DNA of 62,375 nt, counting the filler, from Globobulimina sp. (Eukaryota): NCBI GenBank assembly GCA_003354225.1. It is 24 parts of 24 records of this genome, joined end to end, with 100 filler letters (N's around TTAATTAATTAA, not from the genome) between each part and the next. Parts side by side here need not be neighbours in the genome. Positions count along the whole stretch, not along the records: positions 20,837 to 23,340 come from PIVH01006290.1; positions 23,441 to 25,944 come from PIVH01006291.1; positions 26,045 to 28,548 come from PIVH01006292.1; positions 28,649 to 31,152 come from PIVH01006293.1; positions 31,253 to 33,755 come from PIVH01006294.1; positions 33,856 to 36,358 come from PIVH01006295.1; 18 more parts are not named here. One strand, 5' to 3'. Shown one piece after another: positions 22,780-35,302 of this stretch. The stretch's first letter is position 1. Each line of letters begins with the position of its first letter. The position numbers were made by a program, and so were the translations under genes. The notes beneath the pieces were generated by a model. The model ran no database searches. It saw only the letters and a list, made by a program, of their open reading frames with translations, and was not told the origin of the DNA.

Positions 22780-23340
22780 CATGTCAACAATGCCAGCGTG
22801 GGATGAAAAGTTTGGTATATGGAAAATAATAATCTGCCATGGTCATCCACGTTATGGTTATTTGGATACGCATCCGTATGTTGGAAACCATCGTTTCCAT
22901 TTGTTGATAACTGTGATGCATATTTATTTGTTAATAAAATGAATCTAGATTATAGTACGAATTAGTTTGATCTATATGTAGTTGTCACTGTGATGCATAT
23001 ATCAATGGGTTTATACGTCGATTCTGGCAACAAAGTACAGATCACAGAGGCACATCAAACTCCCCTGGTTTAGTCATGACATTGATATCAACATTGGATG
23101 TGAATAAATTGGAAACTAAGCATTCAACCAAATATTTAAAATTTAAAACTGATGACAGAGTTCAGGGCAAAGCGTATAGAATTTGGTGAAGGATTTGGAT
23201 TTTCGAGAAAAGGATACTCGAGGATGATAATAATGAAATAGCAATTGTCAATGGTCTAATCTATGTGGCAAGAATTGATAATCCTCATTCCAGGTATTTA
23301 CCAATGGATGAATGTGCGCCATTATTGCAAAATCAATTGG
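22780..23340 (+). pseudogene. chaC: ChaC-family glutathione-specific gamma-glutamylcyclotransferase, disrupted
   Basis: Fragments [55 protein letters not shown] and GLIYVARIDNP are split by frameshifts and stops; there is also a 63-bp insertion flanked by a 14-bp duplication. Confidence 0.8.
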
Positions 23341-23440
23341 NNNNNNNNNNNNNNNNNNNNNNNNNNNNNNNNNNNNNNNNNNNNTTAATTAATTAANNNN
23401 NNNNNNNNNNNNNNNNNNNNNNNNNNNNNNNNNNNNNNNN

Positions 23441-24167
23441 AATAAAAATGATGATAAAAATTATTTATCAACCAAGCAATTGGATGTTCCTCGAAAATAT
23501 CAAAATGAATGTTGTCATAAATTTGATTTTCAGTTCTTAGATTTGTGATAATTTGTTGTGGGACATTAACGCCGTTTAGTTTTAGTTTATAAATCAAAGT
23601 ACTGCCATCAATTGGTTTTTGTTGGCTTTTTTCGTGATTGATCATGATATCTCGGCATATTTTTAAGGATAACAATGACAGCGGTTCCACCAATAACACT
23701 CTCTGCGAATAGTCGCCCAAATCTTGCAAAATATATTTTATGTCAATCAATGAGATTTGATCTGTGTTCATTGATAATTCAACAACACATTTATCACTGT
23801 TTTTGTTTATTATGTCTTTAAAATCATCGATGATGATATCTTTAATAGATATTGCATGTTTTAGTGGTATTTTAGTGGTATAATTTTCAATCAGATTTAA
23901 CTTTAATGTGCTGTTCGATACATGTTTCATTATAATTCCATATGGGCCATCTTTAAAATAATATGCTTTTAATATCATTCGTAGATTCATAAATTCCTTT
24001 ATTGATATCCATATTGTTGGGATTTGAATATTTAATGTTTTATTAAAATACGTTTCTATGTGAAGACCTCTTCGGGTTTTGACTAACTTTTCGTTGCGTT
24101 CTTTTCTGGCGGATTCAAACGTTTGTTGTTGGTTTATGCAATCCATATTTTCCTCTTTCAATGCCAT
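23441..24167 (-). CDS. Hypothetical protein (3'-partial)
   Basis: 242-codon ATG-initiated ORF open to the contig edge; no family recognised. Confidence 0.6.
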
Positions 24168-24509
24168 TGACAGAATGTCTTCAGATTCATTATCTAGTGA
24201 TTGTTTATAATGTGATGTAGCAACATTATTGGTATTGATACTACGTATTAGAAAGAAGGGATATCGATGCTGTTTTTAGTTTTTATTTGTTTTTTATATG
24301 AAAAATACGGAAATTTTGAATAATTTTAAAATCAATACCTTTGTACGTGATCGAGAACATGATTTGAGAATAAAGTCACATTTACCAATACAATTAGCTT
24401 TCGTGAATTTGATACACGACCTAGTTGGTAACATTGAATTAAAAGATTTTTGTAAATTATTAATAAAGAAAAAACTGGAACTTGTTTGAGTTCTAAAAAC
24501 AATGTCACA

Positions 24510-25558
24510 ATGTCTGTCTTGTATATTAGCAGAATTTGTAGTGGCATGATTCTTATTATTTATACCATTCTCATATATAAGTATTTTTTTATAAACAAAA
24601 ATGCATCGATTGCAATTACGGACATCTACGTATTGGAAGAAAATAAAAGTCCTAAATTTTATGATAAATACAATGGCTCATCGCAATTAAACAGGAATAG
24701 GTTGTATATGAATGGAAAACATAAATTAATCTTTTGCTTCATTCAGAAAAATGCAAATACAATGTTTAGGAATTTATGGTTTGCCGTTGAGGGAAAGGAC
24801 CCATTTATTTATCATATTGATACAAGAAAAAATAAATCAAATCCAAAACTGGCATATCATGATCATTTACATATTTATAATCTGGAAAATCAAGAAATAC
24901 TCAATTTAAAATATAATAATTATCTGCAAAAAGTGGTTGATCCGAATTGGAGCAAAATTGTTATCATTCGAGATCCATTGGAAAGAGTTTTGTTTTTTTA
25001 TTGATTTTATGTTAGTTTTAATTGGTTTTGAATAACAGGATGATTATTATTTTTATATAGTTATTGTCTGCTTTTTTAGATCGTTGTTTATGGATTGTTG
25101 CAACATACGGAGTGACAAAGGAATGTTTTGGAGCGATCGGAGATGATTTCAGTTTTAAAGAGTTTGTGGAAAGAATTGTAAACAAAACAAGACACAAAGA
25201 GTACATAACAAATCCCCATTATTGGCCGCAAAGTTGGTGTTGTAAACTGACTGATTTTCTCAATGAATACCAATTTGTAATCAAATATGAATATGATAAG
25301 ATTGGAAGCAATACATTGCACTTTTTACAAGCTGTGAATTTGAGTGAATATTATTATCATTGGGGAGAACATTTCAATGAAACAATGTTTGAGGACAGCG
25401 TCCATGTCACATATAAAGGAGGCAATAATTTGCAATCCAAAATTCAATTTTATAAACAATATTTTGATCGAGATCTAGCAGTTAAATGTTTGAAATTATA
25501 TCAAGACGATTATGAATTGTTTCATCTGCCATATCCAGAATGGATCAATTATTTATAG
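24510..25558 (+). CDS. Golgi-type carbohydrate sulfotransferase (Sulfotransfer_2 / CHST-like)
   Basis: N-terminal TM; 5'-PSB FCFIQKNANTMFR; 3'-PB IIRDPLERLLSAFLDRC after removing intron 24987-25060; NPHYWPQ; LYQDDYELFHLPYP. Confidence 0.9.
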
Positions 25559-26057
25559 AGAAACGACATTTAATATATTTAAACTTGAATAGTAGCGGCT
25601 GACATGGTTTGATGCCAAAATAAATCACACCAATGCCATGGTACATATATACAGTGATATGAATAAAAGTGTTGAATGGATCTGATTAATAGTCATGGAT
25701 TCATTCAATGGATTAAGTGTGAGTTTGGAGCTGCGCATCTTAATTGTCAATATAATATTAATTGTCAATATACTTTCCCTGTAGATTGGTTCAAAGGGTT
25801 CAGTTTTGAGATTTTCAGATTTTTAAAAGTACTCTCAACAGTAACCGTCTGAAATAAAATCCACCCTTATGAATACTCATCCAAACCCATACAAACGCCA
25901 AATTATACGCGTTTAAAATAAAAACAATCCAAACCATTATAAACNNNNNNNNNNNNNNNNNNNNNNNNNNNNNNNNNNNNNNNNNNNNTTAATTAATTAA
26001 NNNNNNNNNNNNNNNNNNNNNNNNNNNNNNNNNNNNNNNNNNNNTACAAAAAACTAA

Positions 26058-26525
26058 TTACTGTTTTCGTGGCAATGCAAGAGTTGGAATTTGTTCCCCT
26101 TTGACTGTCATGTATGCGAATCCATTCCATTCTTGAACTGTGACCAAAGGTACTCCTCCATTCATTGTAGTGTTTATGGCATCAATTGTTTGCTTTGCAA
26201 CATCAAATAACTTCATATTTTGGAAATCATTTTGTGTAAAATATTGTTGCCATTCATTGCCGTTCATTTGATCAACAACGTACAAAGTTAATATGGGCGT
26301 CTTTTGTTTGGAGTCAAAAGTCCCTCTCATGGAGTAAATATGAGCCTTTCTTCCATCAAATATTTCCTGTTTTGCTTTTGGATGATATTCGTTTTTTGAT
26401 CCGTAAATATGTTGATTGTCATCATTATCATTCTTCTTGTTATTATTATATCGATTCACTTGATTTGGTGGATTTTGTGGTAACTTTTTATTATAATAAT
26501 TGTGATTCTGAGCCATCGATATCAT
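26058..26525 (-). CDS. Hypothetical protein
   Basis: Complete 155-aa ORF with an Asn-rich N-terminus and a globular C-terminal half. Confidence 0.65.
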   Translation of the reverse strand: MISMAQNHNYYNKKLPQNPPNQVNRYNNNKKNDNDDNQHIYGSKNEYHPKAKQEIFDGRKAHIYSMRGTFDSKQKTPILTLYVVDQMNGNEWQQYFTQNDFQNMKLFDVAKQTIDAINTTMNGGVPLVTVQEWNGFAYMTVKGEQIPTLALPRKQ

Positions 26526-26632
26526 AAAATGACTTCAACAAACAGTTTTATACCAAAAACTCAAAATCTATTTAATACATGTGCACCAAACTAAGCACAA
26601 ACCCCAAACTTAGCCACAAGTATCACAACACT

Positions 26633-28548
26633 ATGGACGACCAATCTGGTTTATTGGAACAATTACAAAAGTACCAACACCAAAATAAAAATCTATTAAG
26701 CGAGAATGCAAAGCTTCACGCAAAATCTAAACGGTTAAAAATGGAAAAGAAACGACTTAAACTCAAACTACAAACGCAAATGGTATCACATGCATACATA
26801 CATTTCCATCCTCTACGAATCCGAATTAAAAAATTACCTAAACATAAATAGCAAAACAGCAACAAACACAGCGACACACAACATCAAGACATAAGTATTG
26901 CCACCAAAACATTGGAATTTGTGCATCATCATCACATTGAGATGCAGAGAATGATCGATAACTTAATATCGCATCCTACGATTATCAAATCATCGACACA
27001 TAAAGATTTACAATATATATCCTCCAAATTATCCTACATACAGTCTAAAGTTACCCTATTAACCAATGGCAAAACCTGTATATCCTCGCCGTCAGATCTG
27101 CACTCCCATACACATTCGCATTCCCATTCCCCTGCAAACTATAAATCGTCCACACCTTCCATCAGTGCCTCTGATCACGAAACGGAGTGTAACTTACCAT
27201 CATATACACATACACCAAAAGTTTAGTAATTGCGCATATATTTATATACAATGCGACTGACTGTATACCGGTACATATGACATATGTGTACAACGAAAGA
27301 AACCTATGAAGTATGGCAGTATACGCAACCTGACAGCACGCAGCTCGCCACATAAAACGCGCCAAAGTCTCTCGCAAAGTGCGTGTTCTTTTCTGTGTTT
27401 AAATGTTGCTTAAATTCAAATTTGAAACGTGTTTGCTTTCTACGTAGAAGTGAAGACCGATTATGACGGATACAATGATTTAGATTCACAGTATCATCGA
27501 AGGAACCAATCTCACCCGGATTCGCATACATCGTTACAACACCAACTGCGACAGTTGGATTTGGATAAATATATCAATAAAAACAAAAATAAAAATAGGA
27601 GAAGCACAGAAACTGCGCTGATACACAAAACGCATTCAAGTGCAGTTTCAGAGAATGATAACAATTTATTATTACCAGTACGCAAACAGAGATCGACCAT
27701 CATATCCTCGTCGACTTCCGACTGCATTATGGATAATATTGGGCCCGGTATGTTGTTTTGGACCTATTTCTAAAAAAAAACACTTAATTCCATCATTGAA
27801 TAGATTTGCATATACCGTCATTACCGTCATCGCCCAGTGTATATTATGAAAATACGCGAGAACGGCCTCAAATCAGTCAAATGGCAGCAAAGCGAAGGAC
27901 CAACAAAGCATACAAATCCCGTCGGAGTTTTACGCAGAAAAAAAGTAATACTAAATCAGATTCAGTGACAATATCAGAATCGCCGATATCGACCATAATT
28001 TGCGGCGCATCGAGCGATACCAACAGCACTTTTAGTCCCTCACAGAAACTAATCAGCAAATACAAGGAGAGGACGCAGGAACAAAGCGAGGCTTCTTTCA
28101 GTATCAGTAATGTCAATTTTGTTTATGAATTCAACTCAGAGATAGATGACGCCAATGACGAGAATGACCATGATATGGATAGCAAGCATACGCAAAGCAA
28201 GACGTATCCGCAACATATGCACTTAAACAACAATGAATTATCACATCAAAATGTCAATATCAAAGGATCTGCAAACTCATTCCCATTGACACCAAACACC
28301 GCCCACAGCCTCAACCCATTGACACCGAGTCATAATGCGGTGCATTTACGCGTTGATTTGTCGCAGCTGCAAAATGCGGCCAAGCCCAAAGCAAATATGA
28401 AAAAAAGAAGGCACGCGAAAACATTCACAACTGAGTTGCCGGAAAATGCAGAAAAAATGGCTGGCAAATGGAAGCTGGACAGATCGTATGATTTCCCTTC
28501 GCCCATTTTGATAAAAGCAAACAAAGCGAAAACAATACATTACAAACA
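26633..28548 (+). CDS. Multi-exon hypothetical coiled-coil / Ser-rich protein (3'-partial)
   Basis: Consecutive same-strand ORF segments separated by GT-AG intron-like stretches (e.g. 26783-26851). Exon structure approximate. Confidence 0.6.
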
Positions 28549-28648
28549 NNNNNNNNNNNNNNNNNNNNNNNNNNNNNNNNNNNNNNNNNNNNTTAATTAA
28601 TTAANNNNNNNNNNNNNNNNNNNNNNNNNNNNNNNNNNNNNNNNNNNN

Positions 28649-28870
28649 CGAATGCTAAGTGAACCGTGGATTGATGATATTCCGCCATATCTTTGTATCA
28701 AAACTACAAATCCATCAATATTATCATGCATTGCCCAAAGTTTTGCATTTACAGAGATGACATTTGGTGCTATTATTTTTATCGTTGTTAAATATTTCTC
28801 ATGTTTAAAAAAAGAAGAATCGAATGAAGTCAATGAACAGAGTAAAATAGTCTTAGATACTGAAGCTTAA
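28649..28870 (+). CDS. 3' end of a membrane protein
   Basis: Frame open from the contig edge; hydrophobic segment MTFGAIIFIVVKYF before the stop. Confidence 0.45.
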   Translation, partial: RMLSEPWIDDIPPYLCIKTTNPSILSCIAQSFAFTEMTFGAIIFIVVKYFSCLKKEESNEVNEQSKIVLDTEA

Positions 28871-29164
28871 ACGATTTTATTTATGTTTTTGTAATAAAAT
28901 AAAAATAACAATTATCATTTTCTATGTGGCCATAGCATGGCTACATCGGAAACGCTCGTTCTTACTCACTCACTACGTCTGTTGTCCTCCATTCACTTGA
29001 CACTTCCGTTGTTTTCCATTGACTCGAGTTTGATGGAGAAGTATCCGTGAGTAAGGAACCCATGTTTGGGAAAGATAAAGTTGAAAAGTCCATACAAAAA
29101 AACCAAATGTTAGTAGTCAATTTATTCCTTGAAAAGATTCATCAGTCATGAAAGAAGCACAATT

Positions 29165-30493
29165 TTAGTAGCTATCTTCCTCAGATTCCCCATCTATTTG
29201 TTCATTTAACACATCCATGTAATCTTTCTGTAAAAATCCTAAATCTTCTCTAGCACATGAAAACTCTCCAGATTCCATACCCTCGCCCCAAAGCAAGTAC
29301 GTATGTGCTCGCAGAGGGTACATTGCATCAAATCGTTTACAAACTCTCTGATCGAATAATCTAGACACACATGTATTATTTGCAACCATTGTTACTTGTT
29401 TATCTTCGCAAATATCATCATTAATATATTTAACTGACACTTTGTTGTTGCTCCAATGTGTGAAGCTAGCTTCTCTTTTCGTTATACCTGCTTTCACGCA
29501 TTTATTAATATCATACATATATTCATCAACATTATTTCCGCGATAATTCAACTTTAATGACATGAACCTATCCTGTTCAGCATCAAAATCTTTCGATTGA
29601 ATGAAAAAATGCGTTTTCGTAAAGCAATTATTTGTTAATGTTTCAATCTCATTTTTCGTTTCCATATTGTTAGCTATGATTTGCCCCAAAGAAGTTATCA
29701 AGAAAAGCAAGCGTGGAAATGCTACCATATCACAAGAAAATGAATTTAAACCCTCTTTCAGTCCGAATCGCCATGGCGCAGTGATGTTTGATATTACTTT
29801 GCAGCATAACGAATTATAGTGTTTGAAACGGGGTGTTTTTATTTTGAGCATTTCCCTACAGATTGTATGTAACTGTAAGTTATCCAACAGAATGGATGCA
29901 TCCATATAATTCAATAACTGCGACGTACACAATAAAGTATTGTATATTTGCGTAGGTGACATTGATTTATTTTCATCCAAAAATATGTGAAATCCAACCT
30001 TTGTTTTCTTCCGATAATCAACATACATTCGTTCCAGACACAATGCAGTGAATCCGCTTCCTGTGCCTCCACCGAGAGAGTTATTGATTATTATTCCTTG
30101 AAAGTTATTACATTCCTCAACCATCAATCTCAGCTTTTCATCAAATGTATGAATTAGTTGTCTGCCGACTGTATAATGAGCTCTGCTCCAATGTAATCCA
30201 CCTTCTTTCGCAGCAATAAGATAATCATCAAATACTACATGTTTATATTTGTAGAAATTGTTAATCATATTTATTGAATACTGATTCAAATCAGCAAACA
30301 TTGCTCTTGCTGTGTACTTTCCATTTATTGATTCTCTGAATGATATTGATATGCTATCGTCATATTCTGTTTTACGTTCTTTATTGCCATTTGCTGAGAT
30401 GCCTTGGTCTGCACAATACTGTTTCAAAGTAGATTGGCCAAGGTTGATACCAGCACCTCCAACATTTATTGTGATTATCTCGCGATGTGACAT
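29165..30493 (-). CDS. Highly divergent alpha-tubulin-like protein
   Basis: MSHREIITINVGGAG; ARAMFADL; tubulin signature GGGTGSG; DYRKKTK; FPRL; GEGMESGEFSCAREDLGFLQKDY; acidic tail ending in Tyr. Intron-less, 442 aa. Confidence 0.9.
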   Translation of the reverse strand: MSHREIITINVGGAGINLGQSTLKQYCADQGISANGNKERKTEYDDSISISFRESINGKYTARAMFADLNQYSINMINNFYKYKHVVFDDYLIAAKEGGLHWSRAHYTVGRQLIHTFDEKLRLMVEECNNFQGIIINNSLGGGTGSGFTALCLERMYVDYRKKTKVGFHIFLDENKSMSPTQIYNTLLCTSQLLNYMDASILLDNLQLHTICREMLKIKTPRFKHYNSLCCKVISNITAPWRFGLKEGLNSFSCDMVAFPRLLFLITSLGQIIANNMETKNEIETLTNNCFTKTHFFIQSKDFDAEQDRFMSLKLNYRGNNVDEYMYDINKCVKAGITKREASFTHWSNNKVSVKYINDDICEDKQVTMVANNTCVSRLFDQRVCKRFDAMYPLRAHTYLLWGEGMESGEFSCAREDLGFLQKDYMDVLNEQIDGESEEDSY

Positions 30494-30527
30494 TACTTAA
30501 GTGGAAAATGAAAAAAACGCGTTAAAA

Positions 30528-31152
30528 TTAAAACGAGTGCATCTCATGAAAATGATACAGATTTAAACTTTCAATTACGACATGGCTCTTCTTTTTTGTC
30601 GCAATCAATGTCCGTTCTTTCCCTTTATTGGCGAACAGGTGAATTATTTTTATATTTTCAAAAAACGGACCCATGATATTACTGCAATATTTAATCCGTT
30701 CATTCCTAAGTTGTGCATTTCTGTCGGGCATTTTTAACGTAAATATAAGATATCCATTATCTTTTAAATATGCACATACATTGTTCATAATAAATACAGC
30801 ATCTTTTGGTGCCATATTTGCGTCACATACAATAATATCAAATTGATTATCTTTCCTTGTAAACGGTGCTAAATCACCATCAATTATGCATTTCTCAATT
30901 GTTTTTTGATAATATTTTACAGATCGCATTGTAGTTTCGTCCAGTTTTAGTTTTCCTGGATCCACTGAAACAATTTGCGCTGCTCCTCTACCAATCAAAT
31001 ATTTGCTCCATCCGCCAGGACTTGCGCCAATGTCCAATGCCACGAAATTGCGATTTAATAATTTAAAAAACGAATTATATCTCAAAAAAATCTCACGTAA
31101 TTTATAATAAGCTCTTGATATTGAGGCATCGCCAAATTTCTTACATTGCAAT
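30528..31152 (-). CDS. FtsJ/RlmM-like 2'-O-ribose RNA methyltransferase (5'-partial)
   Basis: SRAYYKLRE; ALDIGASPGGWS; VSVDPG; DIIVCDAN; IFTLK; HLFAN...ERT give a K-D-K-E tetrad. Confidence 0.85.
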
Positions 31153-31252
31153 NNNNNNNNNNNNNNNNNNNNNNNNNNNNNNNNNNNNNNNNNNNNTTAA
31201 TTAATTAANNNNNNNNNNNNNNNNNNNNNNNNNNNNNNNNNNNNNNNNNNNN

Positions 31253-32562
31253 TCAATGACCTCGATCACCGTATCATTTCTATTCCGATTATAACTATTA
31301 AACACATTCTTTTTCTTCAATTCTTGCCCATAATTAACATCCGTCTCCGCCCGCGCTCTCATCTGAAATCCAGGCGAATTTGGTGAAGTAGGCACGTATA
31401 CATTTTTTAATTTTGCTTTTGCAGAAATATTAGCTACATTTGCTGCTACTTTTCCTTCCTTACGCGCTGTTTTTGCGATTGGTTTTCGTTTGTATACGTT
31501 AACGTTTTTCTTATTATTGTTATTATTCGCTGCTCCGTCGTCCTCTGTGGATGAGTCATACGACGAAGACGAACACGACTCGTCATCCGATATAGTATCA
31601 TCCTCATAAAGTTTCAATATGCGTATATGAGCGCGAAATGTTAATTGTTTTATGTTTTTATATTTGGTTTTTAGTTCGGATTGAAGCATGGTACCATTTG
31701 GCCATCCGACATTGGGATATTTATAGGAAAAATCACGCACATTTTCCCATTTAACGTCACATTCATCGCAGGATAATATATATTTCACTTTGCAATTTAC
31801 AATGGAAGGCGGTAAGGCACATAACAATAAATATAATTTTATGTTATTTTTATCATGTTCGCGTTTTCCATTTGGTGCGCAACGCAACGACCAAGATTCA
31901 AAAAAAATATCTGACTCATATTTCTTACCAACATTACATTTCCTGAATTTTTGCAATAATTTCCTATTTATGGTCCATTTAAAAGTAAAAACGGGATGGG
32001 TCGATTTCATTATATTTATATATTCGGTTTTTAATGGAAATTCATATAATATTTCATTGCTATTACCGAGTAATTGCAATATATTTATACGACAACCTAA
32101 GGAGATTCTATTTTTTTTTGATTTCTTTATACTTGTTTTTAAATCGTTTATCATTAAGGTCCCGTCGGTCCAACCGCCACTATTCGATTTTTTTGTATAT
32201 GTTGCAATGCCGGTAAAGGATGAATCGGTTTGCATATTAAATAAACGTAATAAAAAAGTAACACTCTGCCATTTGTCGGGTAAGCCAATGAGCGTGACAT
32301 ATACCATAAAGTTGCCAATATTGTCTTGTCGGTCGCCATTTGGAAAGCATTCTAATATCCATTCAAGTTTCCCTATAGTGAATGGTAAGGATTTTAATCT
32401 CATGCCATTTTTAGCTTGTAAAAATTGTGAGACTTGATCATCAGTTTCGATTTCCCAGTTATATAAACCTGTCGCTTCTTCGCTGTTCAAAGCGGCTTGT
32501 TTGTTTTCTTCAAATGCGCTGAATTGAATGGTTTTGGTGTCTGAGGAGGATATCGATGCCAT
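31253..32562 (-). CDS. Tandem MATH/TRAF domain protein (3'-partial)
   Basis: Two repeats: WILECFPNG...FMVYVTL...GGW and WSLRCAPNG...IKLYLLL...VGW. Confidence 0.85.
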
Positions 32563-32664
32563 TCAAACGGAGTGAACTCTGTTTGGATGATGTAGTTTCA
32601 GTAAAAAAACCTACCCCAAAACGGGATCACGACCAATATTCTGAAGCAAAAATTATATTCATAT

Positions 32665-33755
32665 ATGCATAAACAAATCAAACCCGCAAATAAAGGTAAA
32701 CGATGGAAATACAGCGTTTCAGAATTTATTCAAGGATTCAAGACTCTCACTTGTGATGAAACAACGTTCAATGAATGTATGTGGAGTGCTAATCATAGCA
32801 AAACAAAAGGATGCATGCTACGCAAATCAAATAAATACTTATCAACAACTGGCATCTACACAAATTATGCCATATATTGCATCAATGACGAAGAGTGTGC
32901 AAATGATTTATTTTCAAATATTCTGGAAACATTAGATAAATATAAACAAACTAACGAGAAATTTAAAGTAAAATTTGGTTCGCCATATATAAACAAACCG
33001 ACATGGACAGTGATTGCGACATTTACGCATCCCATTGATAAAAGAACTAAATTTGAACATGACGGCTTTAATAATAATTACATTATAACCTCAATGCCGA
33101 CAGAAAGACAATATTCATATTTATTTAAACGATGGAGCAAATATTCCAAATTGAAGCCTGGAGTCAGAATTACTAAAATTAATAATGACATTGTCATCGA
33201 TACAGCACACCATCACATTCAATCGGTATTAGATGATGTCGAAAACAATGATACTTACACAGTAACATTCGAATATGGCAGACGAAGATGGTATAAATCC
33301 TCTGAATATCGCAGTGCACCAAATTCATTTTCATGCCGACCATCAACCCCAAGCACTCCATGCAGTCCATCAGATCATTGGACTCCGTCCTTACCGCTCT
33401 CCATTCCATGCACTGAATTCATCTCTAATTTGCCCTCATTGTCTGCAGATACATTCAAATATTGCGGCAAAAACATATGTTATAATCATAACCGTTCCAC
33501 TGTTTTTCTGCAAGAAGTAAATGCGGAGAATGACTATGACTGTCAATCACCTTTGCAATTACCGCCGGTGGGTCGCATTCGTACAGCAGTTTCACTTCAC
33601 GAGCTAAAGGATCATAGCGATGAAAGCAATGACAACGAATATGAACCACTGCAACAGTTACAACTATCACTTATTACACGTTCGCTGGGCTCGCATCCAG
33701 ATTCTATGTCGTTTGCAAGTTCAAGGCCGAATCTGTTGAATGAATGTCATAAATA
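32665..33755 (+). CDS. Hypothetical protein with a degenerate PDZ-like segment (3'-partial)
   Basis: LKPGVRITKINNDIVIDTAHHHIQSVL resembles the C-terminal half of a PDZ domain; Ser/Pro-rich tail. Confidence 0.55.
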
Positions 33756-33929
33756 NNNNNNNNNNNNNNNNNNNNNNNNNNNNNNNNNNNNNNNNNNNNT
33801 TAATTAATTAANNNNNNNNNNNNNNNNNNNNNNNNNNNNNNNNNNNNNNNNNNNNAATATATATATTTTTTTTCTTAACTCAATTTAGTTTTTATTTTTA
33901 AAATTTATTATGTATGATATATTAATAAG

Positions 33930-35042
33930 ATGGATATAAACTACGTTAATGTGAAATCACCAAATGCAAATACATTACTTGATACATATATATTATTAAA
34001 TAAATGCGCATATAATGATCTTAATAAACTTAAAACCCGCATATCATCAGTTGATTCATATAAGTGGAGGCTAATTAGAAATATCGTGACAAAATATGAG
34101 TTTATTGGTAATAATAAATATCATAATATTAAGTGCTTAAAAGGCAAAAGAGTTATCAGCAGAGCATACTATAAATTATTAGAGATATTAGTTGATAACG
34201 AAAAAATATTTAAGCTTAAAGAAAATCGTAGAAATAAAATGAATATTGTTTGCTTGGCCGAAGCACCAGGTGGGTTTATACAATGTATATCGGATTATAG
34301 GAAAAACAAGCATGATGTTATAACTGGCATTTCATTAAAAGACGATAAAGATAATAAAATTGATTGGAGTTTGTTTAATAACAATAATATAGATATTGTG
34401 TATGGCGATAAAACAAAAAACCACAATGGTAATTTATGCAATCCAGATATAATTGAATATTTTTGCTCAAAGTTTGACACAAATAAAGCTGACTTTGTTA
34501 CGGCTGATGGTGGGTTATTATTAAGTAATTCGCAAGAAAACTATCGTGGGCAATATCATAGTAATTTATTTTTATGTGAAATATATATTGCATTAAAAAT
34601 ATTAAATCATAATGGCAATTTCGTAATAAAAATATATGATATAAGCAATAAGTTTATTTTAGATATGCTATCGATATTAGAAAAACAATTTAATACTATA
34701 AAAATTGTAAAACCACATACATCTCGCGAAATGAATAATGAGAAATATATTGTATGCAGTGGTTATAAAAGCAATAATGATAATTTTGATTATTTATTCG
34801 GTATTATTAAAAAATTATGGGATAATAAAGATTTGATTATATGTAAATTATTTAAAAACACAACAAGCAGAAAATATAATGCAACATCTCGTAATTCGAT
34901 ATTGTCGCAAAGCAGCGCAATAAAGTACGGTTTATCACACAGGAACTTAACGACCGCTAAATTATATGATATTGTTAATAACGAACACCGATACAAAACG
35001 AAAATGGCATATGAGTGGCTAAGCCATTATAAGATATATTAA
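33930..35042 (+). CDS. NCLDV-type FtsJ-like mRNA cap 2'-O-methyltransferase (CMTR1-like)
   Basis: KYEFI...ISRAYYKLLEI; CLAEAPGGFIQC; FVTADGG; GNFVIKIYD; KPHTSREMNNEKYIVC. Stand-alone, intron-less, very AT-rich. Confidence 0.85.
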   Translation: MDINYVNVKSPNANTLLDTYILLNKCAYNDLNKLKTRISSVDSYKWRLIRNIVTKYEFIGNNKYHNIKCLKGKRVISRAYYKLLEILVDNEKIFKLKENRRNKMNIVCLAEAPGGFIQCISDYRKNKHDVITGISLKDDKDNKIDWSLFNNNNIDIVYGDKTKNHNGNLCNPDIIEYFCSKFDTNKADFVTADGGLLLSNSQENYRGQYHSNLFLCEIYIALKILNHNGNFVIKIYDISNKFILDMLSILEKQFNTIKIVKPHTSREMNNEKYIVCSGYKSNNDNFDYLFGIIKKLWDNKDLIICKLFKNTTSRKYNATSRNSILSQSSAIKYGLSHRNLTTAKLYDIVNNEHRYKTKMAYEWLSHYKIY

Positions 35043-35056
35043 ATGACGTATAACAT

Positions 35057-35085
35057 TTATAAATAACTCAATGATTTATTTATAA
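35057..35085 (+). terminator. AT-rich hairpin 3' of the viral methyltransferase gene
   Basis: TTATAAATAA (35057-35066) / TTATTTATAA (35076-35085): 10-bp perfect stem 14 nt after the stop. Confidence 0.45.
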
Positions 35086-35155
35086 TTATAAATAACTATT
35101 TTATTGGCATAAATTATTTTATATTAAAATAAAAAAGCTATAATAGTATATAACA

Positions 35156-35254
35156 ATGATAAAACAAATATTTAGTGTGTGTAAAAGCATCTTATCCGCG
35201 TGCGCAAACATGATATCCGGTTTAATAGAGGCATTATTTTTAGTATGCGAGTAA
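35156..35254 (+). CDS. Putative 32-aa viral microprotein
   Basis: MIKQIFSVCKSILSACANMISGLIEALFLVCE*. It is more GC-rich than its flanks and shares the 5' motif AGTATATAACA with the next gene. Confidence 0.4.
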   Translation: MIKQIFSVCKSILSACANMISGLIEALFLVCE

Positions 35255-35302
35255 AATAATTTAAATAAACAAAGATATAAATAATATATAACAGTATATA
35301 AC

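Noticed and set aside
30528-35042. Two FtsJ-like methyltransferases near each other as a cluster
   Set aside because: They are on different contigs and from different subfamilies; proximity is an artefact.
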